Positions 50,290 to 58,848 of a DNA stretch of 64,000 bases are shown here, piece by piece. The stretch lies in the IMG/VR virus record IMGVR_UViG_3300025072_000003, one strand, 5' to 3'. Every line of letters begins with the position of its first letter. Position 1 is the first letter of the stretch. The notes under the pieces were generated by a model, which saw only the letters and a list, made by a program, of their open reading frames with translations, was not told where the DNA came from and searched no databases. Made by a program: the position numbers and the translations under genes. Source of the stretch: an uncultured virus (IMG/VR IMGVR_UViG_3300025072_000003) (lineage: Duplodnaviria; Heunggongvirae; Uroviricota; Caudoviricetes).

Positions 50290-50539
50290 AAGTGATTTGG
50301 GTTAATCCTCCAACCAGAATCCATAGATTGGGGGTATTGACTATCCAATGTGTGCCAGCTATAGCAAATGTAAAAATCGAACAACGTATAATCTGCCAAC
50401 CTATCCTGGCTTTTTCGGCACGCCTAATCTTTCCTCGATATACGCACCATCGCATAGGTATTCGCTTCATGCTTTACCTTTCGTCTTTTGGGTTATGATT
50501 GTAAGTTGACTGAGAATTAGTTATCTGACAACAAATCAC

Positions 50540-50576
50540 AAAAAAAGCCACATACCCCCAAAAGAGGTGTGTGGCT
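50540..50576 (-). terminator. Rho-independent terminator at the upstream edge of the array
   Basis: GCCACACACC/GGTATGTGGC stem plus T7 on the - strand, 8 nt before element 50506. Confidence 0.75.
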
Positions 50577-50598
50577 CAATTGTAACAAATTTGTTCCA

Positions 50599-50850
50599 TT
50601 AGGGCAACGGATCTACAGTGTCTCCAACTTCTGTGCTTTCTAGCACCGATTTCAATGAATTGTATAATGTCAACAATTCTGCGGCATCAGCAGAACCCAT
50701 TTCTGTAGTCAAATTGGATCGACCATGTTCTTGAACGAGTTCCCTAACATCATTAAGTCCAGATCTAACAGTGCGAATCATATTAATCATTTTGTTCCTA
50801 ACTTTAATCGCACCTTCTGGAACCCCGCTTCCTTTGTCTAAAATAGCCAT
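50599..50850 (-). CDS. hypothetical protein, paralog of 2242..2508
   Basis: AGGAGG RBS; similarity described under 2242..2508. Confidence 0.8.
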   Translation of the reverse strand: MAILDKGSGVPEGAIKVRNKMINMIRTVRSGLNDVRELVQEHGRSNLTTEMGSADAAELLTLYNSLKSVLESTEVGDTVDPLP

Positions 50851-50910
50851 AAGCCTCCTTTGTTTATTTGTATATATTACCCTTGTTCTGTTTCATGAAT
50901 CGAATACAAT

Positions 50911-51516
50911 TTGAATATGAACAAAAAAAACGCAGATGCCGCTTTGTATGAATTGAAGAAACTAGCTGAAGAGTTAGAGATTTCAGATATATCCAATGTT
51001 CTTCTGGACAATCCACGATTCATTGTGTGGAGTGGATCAGGATCTAAAGGTCAGCACCACTTTGGAACTTTTGGATTGTTGATCCATACAGAAGAGGTTG
51101 TTGCTGGCTGTTTTGCCATGATGGACACATTCCCACAATATAATATTGATCCAACTGAATTATTCCTCTCTGCTCTTTTTCACGATTCTGGGAAGATGTT
51201 TGATTATGACAATCATTGGTTTGACAATAACCCAAATTTTGCTAAAAACAAAAATGACAATAATTGGAGATCCACAGACCACAAAAGATTGATACACCAC
51301 ATAAGCCGCTCAGCGTTGATTTGGAACGATGCCGTAAAAGAACATCCAGAACTACAAAAATATGCTGATCCAGTATTACATGCCATTCTGTCCCATCACG
51401 GAAGGCGAGAATGGGGAAGCCCAGTTGCTCCAAAATCTAGGGTTGCTTGGCTTCTTCATTTGTGCGATGGCATTAGTGCTAGACTACATGACACAGATAC
51501 AATGGATAGATTTTAA
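50911..51516 (+). CDS. HD-domain hydrolase, YhaM/Cbf1-like (HD domain only)
   Basis: HH...GLLIHT.EV; ALFHDSGK; HAILSHHG..EWGSPV.P; LHLCD. Confidence 0.88.
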   Translation: MNMNKKNADAALYELKKLAEELEISDISNVLLDNPRFIVWSGSGSKGQHHFGTFGLLIHTEEVVAGCFAMMDTFPQYNIDPTELFLSALFHDSGKMFDYDNHWFDNNPNFAKNKNDNNWRSTDHKRLIHHISRSALIWNDAVKEHPELQKYADPVLHAILSHHGRREWGSPVAPKSRVAWLLHLCDGISARLHDTDTMDRF

Positions 51517-51687
51517 ATGAAAAGTTGCGAAGAATGCCTAAGCGAACTTTCCAAGATAATGAAAGAATACGTCGAAGCAATTAAGGTTGAAAATAACATA
51601 ACAGAATTAGAAGCAGGAGAAGCAATGATCCACTGCTCTGATTCAATATCTCACATGGTTGTATACGGCAACCGATAGGAAAAAACG

Positions 51688-52158
51688 ATGACTGATGAAT
51701 TGACTGTAGATAGAAGGGAAAATGAAAGATGCATAATTGAATTACATGATAAATTCTGTATTAAATTAACTAAGGAAAGCGTTTATTCTGCTGATTTGGT
51801 AGTTAATGACGAATCATTCAAAGTAATCGTTGATTCTGTTTTTTTCGCAATGGAAGAACTAGACATTCCTGGCTACTTGTTTATCACTGTTTTGCCTGGA
51901 TCTCTTATTGCAACAGGTCCAAATCCAGACGATTGTGGGCTTGGACTTTATAATGAAGGAATGCAACACATAACAATTGCTGGTGTTCAACACGAAGAAT
52001 TCCCTGGCACTCCACAAGATTGGCTTGCAGAACTCTCTATCACAACCATTCATGAAGTGATCCATTACAAACAAGATTTAGATGGCACACTTGGGAAAGA
52101 TGGATATGAAGAAGCGGCTGATGAAATGTCTGTTAAAATGTCTAAATTGGTAATTTAA
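51688..52158 (+). CDS. putative zincin-like metallopeptidase (HExxH)
   Basis: TTIHEVIHYKQ...EEAA. Confidence 0.6.
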   Translation: MTDELTVDRRENERCIIELHDKFCIKLTKESVYSADLVVNDESFKVIVDSVFFAMEELDIPGYLFITVLPGSLIATGPNPDDCGLGLYNEGMQHITIAGVQHEEFPGTPQDWLAELSITTIHEVIHYKQDLDGTLGKDGYEEAADEMSVKMSKLVI

Positions 52159-52162
52159 AAAA

Positions 52163-52513
52163 TCAAGCTGCGTATGCATACCTCATAATCTCTTCTGGCA
52201 TTTCATCTAAATCAAGTGGAGTGTTTGTTTTACTATCATAAGGGTGTTCTGGCTCGTTGTTGAAATAATATCCAACATATTCTCCATCAAGATACAATGC
52301 ATTGAATGCTTCGTCGTGATTTGCCAAATGCGCATCCCAAACATATGTTATTCCTTTGTGTAGAAGGCACTTCAAATATTTGCCTTTGGATTGTTTCCAC
52401 AAATTATTCATCTCTTGCATGCTTGGATTAATGTGAATCAGCACTTCACGATTTGGAGGAATTGACACTCTTTCCCTACTTGATTCATTTACTAGCCATT
52501 CTTTGAAGTTCAT
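52163..52513 (-). CDS. hypothetical protein, paralog of 33464..33874
   Basis: MNFKEWLVNE N-terminus; GTAAATA upstream. Confidence 0.75.
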   Translation of the reverse strand: MNFKEWLVNESSRERVSIPPNREVLIHINPSMQEMNNLWKQSKGKYLKCLLHKGITYVWDAHLANHDEAFNALYLDGEYVGYYFNNEPEHPYDSKTNTPLDLDEMPEEIMRYAYAA

Positions 52514-52534
52514 GCATTATTTACCATATTTCAT

Positions 52535-53185
52535 TCATTTAATATCACTATCATCATCTAATTGTTGCAAAAACTCTGGGATAATGCCATAGTATTCAAA
52601 GTTCCTCCTGAATTGGTGCATGGTGTAATAAAATATGTCAATTTCTTGACCAGATTGAAATGCATAATCTAATATTTCATCATAAATGCTTTTTGACAAT
52701 GCATATCCACACGTACACATCGCACCACGCAGTTTCAAAAGGTTTTTGTCAACCTGCTCTTGATCCCATGTTGAGCCATCAGGATAATAGCCTCCAAGAT
52801 GGTATCTCCCCCCTAAATACAGCATATCCCAATCTACAGATTCAATTTGTGGCAGAATTGACTTAAATAAATCATTTGAATCTTCCCTTACTTTAACATC
52901 ATCCTCAAGTATGAGTATTTTGTCATATCCTTCTTTTTTTGCGTGCTGAATAACCTTAATATGGCTTAACTTGCATCCAATTGCACCTTTTATATACTTC
53001 TCTTCCTTATGCTCAAATCTGTCGTAGCATAAAGTATTGATGTCTTCCAACGATTCCAATTTTACGGCGGAAATACGATTGTAATCAATTTTGGCTTTAT
53101 GAAGTTCTTTTCCAACTTCCATTATCCTATCGGTGCGCTCATCCAAATTGATTACATAGACTTCATCGAAATATTCATTTATCAT
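52535..53185 (-). CDS. glycosyltransferase family 25
   Basis: YVINLDERTDR; GCKLSH; ILILEDD; WDMLYLG. Confidence 0.9.
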   Translation of the reverse strand: MINEYFDEVYVINLDERTDRIMEVGKELHKAKIDYNRISAVKLESLEDINTLCYDRFEHKEEKYIKGAIGCKLSHIKVIQHAKKEGYDKILILEDDVKVREDSNDLFKSILPQIESVDWDMLYLGGRYHLGGYYPDGSTWDQEQVDKNLLKLRGAMCTCGYALSKSIYDEILDYAFQSGQEIDIFYYTMHQFRRNFEYYGIIPEFLQQLDDDSDIK

Positions 53186-53646
53186 GAAAGGTCATTTAAT
53201 GCTAAAGCTCTAGCGTCTGTTATGACAGATGAGATAATTCGCCACTTATCTCTGCCACTAGAAGCCAAATACTCTATTGTATACCGACCCTGTGGACGGT
53301 TTTCTAATTGTATCTCATTGCCAGACAACCAACTCCACATTGCCTCAGCACAGGGCTTTGTGTCTTCTGACCATACGCCCATAACAAAGGAACAGTCTTT
53401 AGGAAGGGCAATTCTCCTCATTATAGGAGAAAAGCTGTGGTATTTAAACATGCTTGGAGCAGAATTTCTTAGTCTTTTCAATGCTTTCATAGCATAAAAA
53501 ATGGGCATCATCTGATCGTGATCCCCATAAATCTCTTGAATATAGACGCTTATCTTCTTGTAAATTAAGTTCTGTATAGCTTGGGGAGCCTTGTTGCTTC
53601 TATCTAACCAATAGTTTTTCATCTCACATCCTTTGGCAGTTGCCAT
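53182..53646 (-). CDS. hypothetical protein
   Basis: Coupled to the GT25 gene. Confidence 0.65.
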   Translation of the reverse strand: MATAKGCEMKNYWLDRSNKAPQAIQNLIYKKISVYIQEIYGDHDQMMPIFYAMKALKRLRNSAPSMFKYHSFSPIMRRIALPKDCSFVMGVWSEDTKPCAEAMWSWLSGNEIQLENRPQGRYTIEYLASSGRDKWRIISSVITDARALALNDLS

Positions 53647-53664
53647 ATTCAGATGCAGTATTTA

Positions 53665-55289
53665 TCAGTTAGAGATATAAATCTCCCAATCGTCAACAAT
53701 TCTTTTACCTGGCATCTTATCACATCTGTATTGTCTGTATCTAAGTTGTGAGGAAGAATAATGATACCAACTCGATATTGAATAATAAGCAAAAAATGGG
53801 TAGGGCTTGCTATCAATTAAATACTCAACCAATGCGCCTACGGCATCGTCATTATACACTCGCATAAGTCACTCATTTAAATAAGCCTTCCAATCGTCAA
53901 GCACCCTTGGCGAGTCATACCTTGTCCACCATTTGTGCGATATGTTAATTTTGTCCAAATACCAGTCGCCAGGATTTCCCAAGTAGACATTCCAATGTTT
54001 GATTTTATAATATATCGCGTCATACTCTCCGACTACAAGAAAAGCATCTTCTATAACAGAGTCAACAATGTCAATGTCACTCACAATATTCAATCCAGTC
54101 ATACACCACTGTGGGATATTCTCTTTTTTTTGGTATGGTGGCGGCGTTCCCCAAACTCATCTCGTAGTGGGACGTATTTTTATATCCAAAATTATACCCC
54201 TTAATGGTGTCGTTGGCATTTAGAAAATTCCAATTAACCAGAGCATAAAATGCTGCATCGTATTCTCCAACCTCTACAAAAGCGAGGACAATTAATTTAT
54301 TGCATAAGTCTGTTGCTTTTTTATCCATCATGATAATTTATCCAACTTCTGATGATCGTGTCTCTCTGATCATCTGGTGCATAACGCTGGTAGGCAATAT
54401 TCTTATGTCTTTCATATTCATAATTATCATACGACTCATCACCATCACTAATGTAATAGCCCCAATTACAAAAGAGGTAATAAGTGAAATACGGAAATCT
54501 ATGCCACCTGAAATGATCATAAAAAGTGCTGTTTAGAATATAGCTAGTTGACGATTTCAATTCTTTCAAATACTCCTCAAGTTTCTCTGCTTCCATAACT
54601 CACCCAATCTTTAACAATGGTTCGACGAAACCGTTCAGTGAGATCATCATTGCCAACACAGTAATTCCTCGCTACATGCAAATCCGAATCTGTTAAATAA
54701 TCATACCAATCAAGCAAACAAAAATAAGTAGGATAAGGTCTTTTGCCACCATATGCTACTTCATTATAGCACAAATGGGAGAAGTGTTCACGTAATTCCA
54801 TTTAAATAAGCCTCCCACTCTTTAATGATTTCCAACTTCTCAATTCCTGTAAAAGTGTTCTTGTAGGAATACTTGTTGTTCAAATCACCTGGCACTTCAT
54901 ACGAATAATTAAACCAACTTCTCATATGAAAGAAAGCACGAAATGGTTTTCGGGGCATGTATGTTTCACTATTAATCCATTCAAGTAATGAAACGTAAAT
55001 GATTAAGGTTAATTCATGTTTTAATTTCTCATTCATCTAAATAAGCCTCCCACTCTGCGATCATTTCCAACGAATCGTAATACATATTTCTGTAAGACTC
55101 CCACTCTGCGATCATTTCCAACGAATCGTAATACATATTTCTGTAAGAAAAGTTTTTTGCATTGAATGTGTTGTCTCCATCTGAAAAATGCACCCAACTC
55201 TTCATATGAAAATAAAGACAAATGGGTTTCGATACCTGCCATTTATTATCGTGATAATAGATCAACAGTTCATCAATAATAAAATTCAT
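53665..55289 (-). other. Tandem cluster of seven small aromatic-rich paralogous ORFs (53665, 53869, 54077, 54321, 54577, 54788, 55029)
   Basis: 66-91 aa each, mostly overlapping starts and stops; shared (Y/F)....W..(Y/F) core and terminal (I/V)..W..Y. Confidence 0.7.
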
Positions 55290-55628
55290 CAGGAATAGCC
55301 AATCTCATAATATTCGAATCCAAACTCTAAATAATCAGACCAACTATGCATTATTTTTGATGTGACAAGAGTTCTGACATTGTTTTTGCGTGACTTTTCG
55401 GCAATAAAAATCCACGAAATCATTAATGCTTTGTGAACTAATCATCAATGAACCCCATCCAATCACTACTTTCAATCATGCCAAGACAGGTGGTTGAAGA
55501 TATGTTTTTAGTTGGAGAACTTCCGCCATTACAATACAGTGACCATCCTAGAAAGATTGTTGAAATGAACAACAAATCATCTATAGGATGAACTGTACTA
55601 CAATAAACTTCCCAGCCATCACGTTCAA

Positions 55629-56441
55629 TCACAGTGTAGTCACAGTCATTGGAGTTTCGCCATCAAAAACAACCTCTACTCTGTTGACTACCTTGCCAAA
55701 TGGAGGCATTGCAATTTCTTTGAATTCAGTACGTTCAACAACAAGGTTAGGATTACGTCTTGCCTCATGCCTATCTGGAAGAGACTTTATCTCTGCTATG
55801 CTAAAGGGGCGTTTTAATTTTACCTTTTGAATAAACACGCCTCTCTTAAAGAAGTCTGGGTATTCATTCCAATTAATGCCTTTCTGGAACAGCATCTCCT
55901 GCTTATCAGACCCATTTTTGCCCATCAATTCCTTGTGTGAGTAAAAAGACTGTGATGCCATGCTAATGCTGTTCTTAGTGGCATCTTGCTCACGCCACAG
56001 TACAGCATTAGCTGCTTCCATTTTATTTGGAACAGTCCATGCTCGACAATCGAATACTGGGTCCAAATGTGCTTTCTCTGGGATTGCCTCTCTCAAGTGC
56101 TTGTTGAAGAACAAAGAGCATTTTGCTGCTAAAATGGAGCATATTTTAAAAATACGCCCATCAAAGTAGATTTGGCTCTTAATATTGTCAGAATACAGAA
56201 CCAAAGTAATCTCATCGCTCTGTGTGTACGCTATATGGGCGTTTGTCTCCCTCGCAAGGTACTTTGCGGTATTCGTCATCAATTCTGACAAGCGAACGTC
56301 ATATGGACGCTCTAGACCCCTTGTGAAGGTGCTAAAGTTCTTTCCATCCAAACGAACGACTAAAGGGAGAAGAGGCATTGCTACCACTTGCTCCCTTCCC
56401 TCAAGTTCCTTCATTCTGTTTCCGAATTCATCACCACTCAT
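55629..56441 (-). CDS. tRNA(His) guanylyltransferase Thg1-like protein
   Basis: VVRLDGKNFSTFT; YTQSDEITL; FDGRIFK; PVFDCR; WREQDATKNSI. Confidence 0.93.
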   Translation of the reverse strand: MSGDEFGNRMKELEGREQVVAMPLLPLVVRLDGKNFSTFTRGLERPYDVRLSELMTNTAKYLARETNAHIAYTQSDEITLVLYSDNIKSQIYFDGRIFKICSILAAKCSLFFNKHLREAIPEKAHLDPVFDCRAWTVPNKMEAANAVLWREQDATKNSISMASQSFYSHKELMGKNGSDKQEMLFQKGINWNEYPDFFKRGVFIQKVKLKRPFSIAEIKSLPDRHEARRNPNLVVERTEFKEIAMPPFGKVVNRVEVVFDGETPMTVTTL

Positions 56442-56795
56442 CTTGTATGTCCTTTGTGTCTTTCATTAGAATTTCAATTGATTCTTTTTTCTTTTTTTCA
56501 TTATGCAGATGTTTCTTTCTTTCTACAACTCTGATTACATAACTTTCTATTGACCTATATTCAAACTCATTAATTAACCCATCTTCCATTATCTTTGCCT
56601 TTTTCAACTCGCCTTCCAAACTGGGATACTTCTTTGCCCAATTAACTACGTTACATATTTCGCATCGTCAATTTCTTTATTCCCAGTGTCTACTATCATC
56701 CAAGCGAACATTGACACAACAAAAATAGAAAATCCTGCCACTAAAATGGCAGTTTCGTGTTCTCTATAAAAATCTTTCAATCTTTCGCAATTCAT
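56431..56795 (-). pseudogene. frameshifted paralog of 56792..57121 and 57118..57756
   Basis: MNCERL...TM...KEIDDAKY switches frame near 56655 into NVVNWAKKYPSL...EDGLINEFEY; could be a sequencing error. Confidence 0.6.
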
Positions 56796-57121
56796 TGCTT
56801 CCTCAAAAACTCTTTAACTTTATTCTTTTCTCGTCCTGCCTGATGATCTCTATAGAAGCTCATCATGTGTCCATATTCATACTTGCTTATTACATTGTCC
56901 TTTAAAGCGGCATCTAAATAATCTGCCCGAACATTCGGATAAACCTTTTTCCATGATGCTATTTCTTTATATTCTGTTTCGCTTATTTCTTCTGTCAAGT
57001 GTGATCTTACAAACAGAACAAGACAAATGACAACTATGCCTCCAATAAGACACGTAAATACAATCGGAAATACAATATCGAATTTGTCATAAATCAAATT
57101 TTTTAATTCTGCACAATTCAT
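56792..57121 (-). CDS. membrane-anchored protein (one repeat module)
   Basis: MNC start, TM, EISETEY...KDNVISKYEY. Confidence 0.75.
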   Translation of the reverse strand: MNCAELKNLIYDKFDIVFPIVFTCLIGGIVVICLVLFVRSHLTEEISETEYKEIASWKKVYPNVRADYLDAALKDNVISKYEYGHMMSFYRDHQAGREKNKVKEFLRKQ

Positions 57122-57756
57122 TTGTCTTCTGAGGTGGCTTTTATTTCATTTTTAGTTTCTTCCAATTCTTCTTCTGCTTTTTCTGCACTGCGTCTTTCAT
57201 ATTCGCCGTATATTTCATCGTACTCTGATTCTGTTACAATATCATCTTCCATTGCGTCAGAAACCATTTTTTTTAATTCATCGTCGTTAGCATATCTTGC
57301 TATGTTGGCAATGTTTAATATGGTTGTATATTGGGAAGTAGATATTTCTTTATTGCCTGCTTTTTCTGCTTCTGGCGTTGTCTCCCACCCATTAGCTTCT
57401 GTCTCTGTAGGCTTAACACTTGTCAAATTTGTCAAATCATGTTTTATTTTTGATACATCACTTTTTTCATCACGCGACTTGTTCTTTTCGAAAAGAGCAT
57501 ATATGTCATTGTATTCTGATACGGTGATGATTCCGTCTTTCATGGCATTGGTAATAGGACCACGCAAATAATCGTTCCCAGAAAGATTTTTAATATTGTT
57601 GTATTCACTTGGATCTATTTCATTGCCAGATATTGCCCAATCTATGGATGGAAGCAACACAAAGAAGATTATTACCAAAAATAAAATTCCGCCACCAACA
57701 CCAAGCACTGGTCCTGGTATCTTTTCAAGGAAATCAATTAATCTTTTGCAATTCAT
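57118..57756 (-). CDS. membrane-anchored protein (two repeat modules)
   Basis: MNC start, TM, AMKDGIITVSEY and AMEDDIVTESEY. Confidence 0.8.
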   Translation of the reverse strand: MNCKRLIDFLEKIPGPVLGVGGGILFLVIIFFVLLPSIDWAISGNEIDPSEYNNIKNLSGNDYLRGPITNAMKDGIITVSEYNDIYALFEKNKSRDEKSDVSKIKHDLTNLTSVKPTETEANGWETTPEAEKAGNKEISTSQYTTILNIANIARYANDDELKKMVSDAMEDDIVTESEYDEIYGEYERRSAEKAEEELEETKNEIKATSEDK

Positions 57757-57760
57757 GCTA

Positions 57761-58321
57761 CTACCTATGGGCTGGGACTAATCCAATCTTAACTCTTCCG
57801 TCTTTTGTTTTTGCTGAGACTTCCCACTTTGGAACAAATGACACTAAGCCATAAAGGTATGGACCTTCACTGTACACGACAATTTCAACTTTTTCTTCGT
57901 CCTGAAACGTCCTATCAAACATCTCATTTAAATTAACAAAGAAATGTGCCGAGTCATCATCATGTTCTACATATTGAACTCCACTTTCAGAAACCTGTAT
58001 TTTACATTCGATGTTAGAATCAATTTCATAAGGAACAAACTGAACTGAAATTAAAATTGCAACAAAAGATAAAAACACTAGACCCAAGACAGAGTATACG
58101 CAATAGTCATGGCAATTTCTTATCAACGCTCTGTCGTGATGCCCCTCTTGCCTAATTATCATCCATACGAATGCCAACACAAAGGTAATTAAACAACCGC
58201 CTGCCAGAAATCCAATTGTCATCATATGTAATAACTCCACAATTTGCAATGCGATACAATCTCGTTGTACACATCTTCGCCAAAATCGTCTTTTATATTT
58301 GCATGGTAGCCATTTGCGCAC
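57761..58321 (-). CDS. membrane protein
   Basis: Two TM segments; true start probably the internal MMTIG. Confidence 0.65.
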   Translation of the reverse strand: MRKWLPCKYKRRFWRRCVQRDCIALQIVELLHMMTIGFLAGGCLITFVLAFVWMIIRQEGHHDRALIRNCHDYCVYSVLGLVFLSFVAILISVQFVPYEIDSNIECKIQVSESGVQYVEHDDDSAHFFVNLNEMFDRTFQDEEKVEIVVYSEGPYLYGLVSFVPKWEVSAKTKDGRVKIGLVPAHR

Positions 58322-58518
58322 AAGAAATCACGCAAAGTCAAATCAAAACAATGGTTTCCTTCGCAGATTATGATAGTGCTAGACCTCAAGATCACCGTAA
58401 CTCTATGCCAATGCTTGGCTCCATAATGGTCTTGCTTCCACGTTCTGGTTCGCTCAATGTCACATCCTGACGTTATTTTAAGATCCCGCCAAGACTTCAT
58501 AGCTCCTTTAAGATCCAC
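58222..58518 (-). CDS. hypothetical protein
   Basis: ORF in operon context. Confidence 0.6.
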   Translation of the reverse strand: MDLKGAMKSWRDLKITSGCDIERTRTWKQDHYGAKHWHRVTVILRSSTIIICEGNHCFDLTLRDFLCANGYHANIKDDFGEDVYNEIVSHCKLWSYYI

Positions 58519-58848
58519 TGTTCCATCCTGGGTCTGTTTTGTCTAGGTACTTCTCCGCTGACCTTACTGCACTAGCGCCGTCTTCTTTGTCAATTAATAG
58601 CTTCTGATTTTCATCATATAACGACACCAACATATTGCTACCATATGCGACTTGAAAATATCTTAATTTCCATTTCTCATTCTGTTCATCGTAGTAAATG
58701 CTTGTAGACATTTAATTTTCCTTATCTTCTTTTAATCCAAGATTGATAGCAATACTTTCAAAAGGATTACGTGCATCAACATAGCAATCCTCACACATCT
58801 CTCCGTAAATGTTATTCAGTAATTCATTATCGCAACATTTACATTTGA

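Larger units (their letters stand above)
7853..50531 (-). repeat. Dispersed array of ~69 copies of a 26-bp element (+: TTGAYYGARA-N8-TCTGACAA; -: TTGTCAGA-N8-TYTCRRTCAA), usually with an extension TAGCGTATTGTAA or CCTACAATCATAAC on the - strand, separating single-gene or few-gene units
   Basis: Core start positions read by eye (+ strand, each 26 bp): 7866, 8486, 8838, 9071, 9501, 9942, 10169, 10442, 10736, 11032, 11293, 12041, 12300, 12544, 12964, 13396, 13690, 14051, 14574, 15050, 15524, 16009, 16550, 17025, 17403, 17760, 18204, 18645, 19067, 19367, 20068, 20399, 20843, 21249, 21704, 22009, 22507, 24328, 24599, 24979, 25415, 25970, 26483, 27187, 27949, 28380, 28959, 29352, 29889, 30101, 30995, 31720, 31985, 32683, 34685, 36069, 36773, 37145, 38284, 39653, 40258, 41067, 42114, 43799, 45200, 48012, 49147, 49870, 50506. 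All share one orientation; none seen outside 7.8-50.6 kb. Confidence 0.97.

Noticed and set aside
7853..50531. CRISPR array interpretation of the repeated element
   Set aside because: Intervening segments are 0.2-2.8 kb, variable in length and protein- or RNA-coding; the repeat has a variable centre; no cas genes are seen.
7853..50531. Canonical integron with attC sites
   Set aside because: The element lacks the RYYYAAC...GTTRRRY ends and the 57-141 bp hairpin of attC, and no IntI-like gene is in the window. Only the overall architecture is integron-like.
7866..50531. Standard sigma70 promoter (TTGACT on + or TTGTCA on -)
   Set aside because: No TATAAT-like hexamer lies 16-18 nt from either candidate -35; the TATTGT box is 25 nt away; the + strand reading would point against all the genes.
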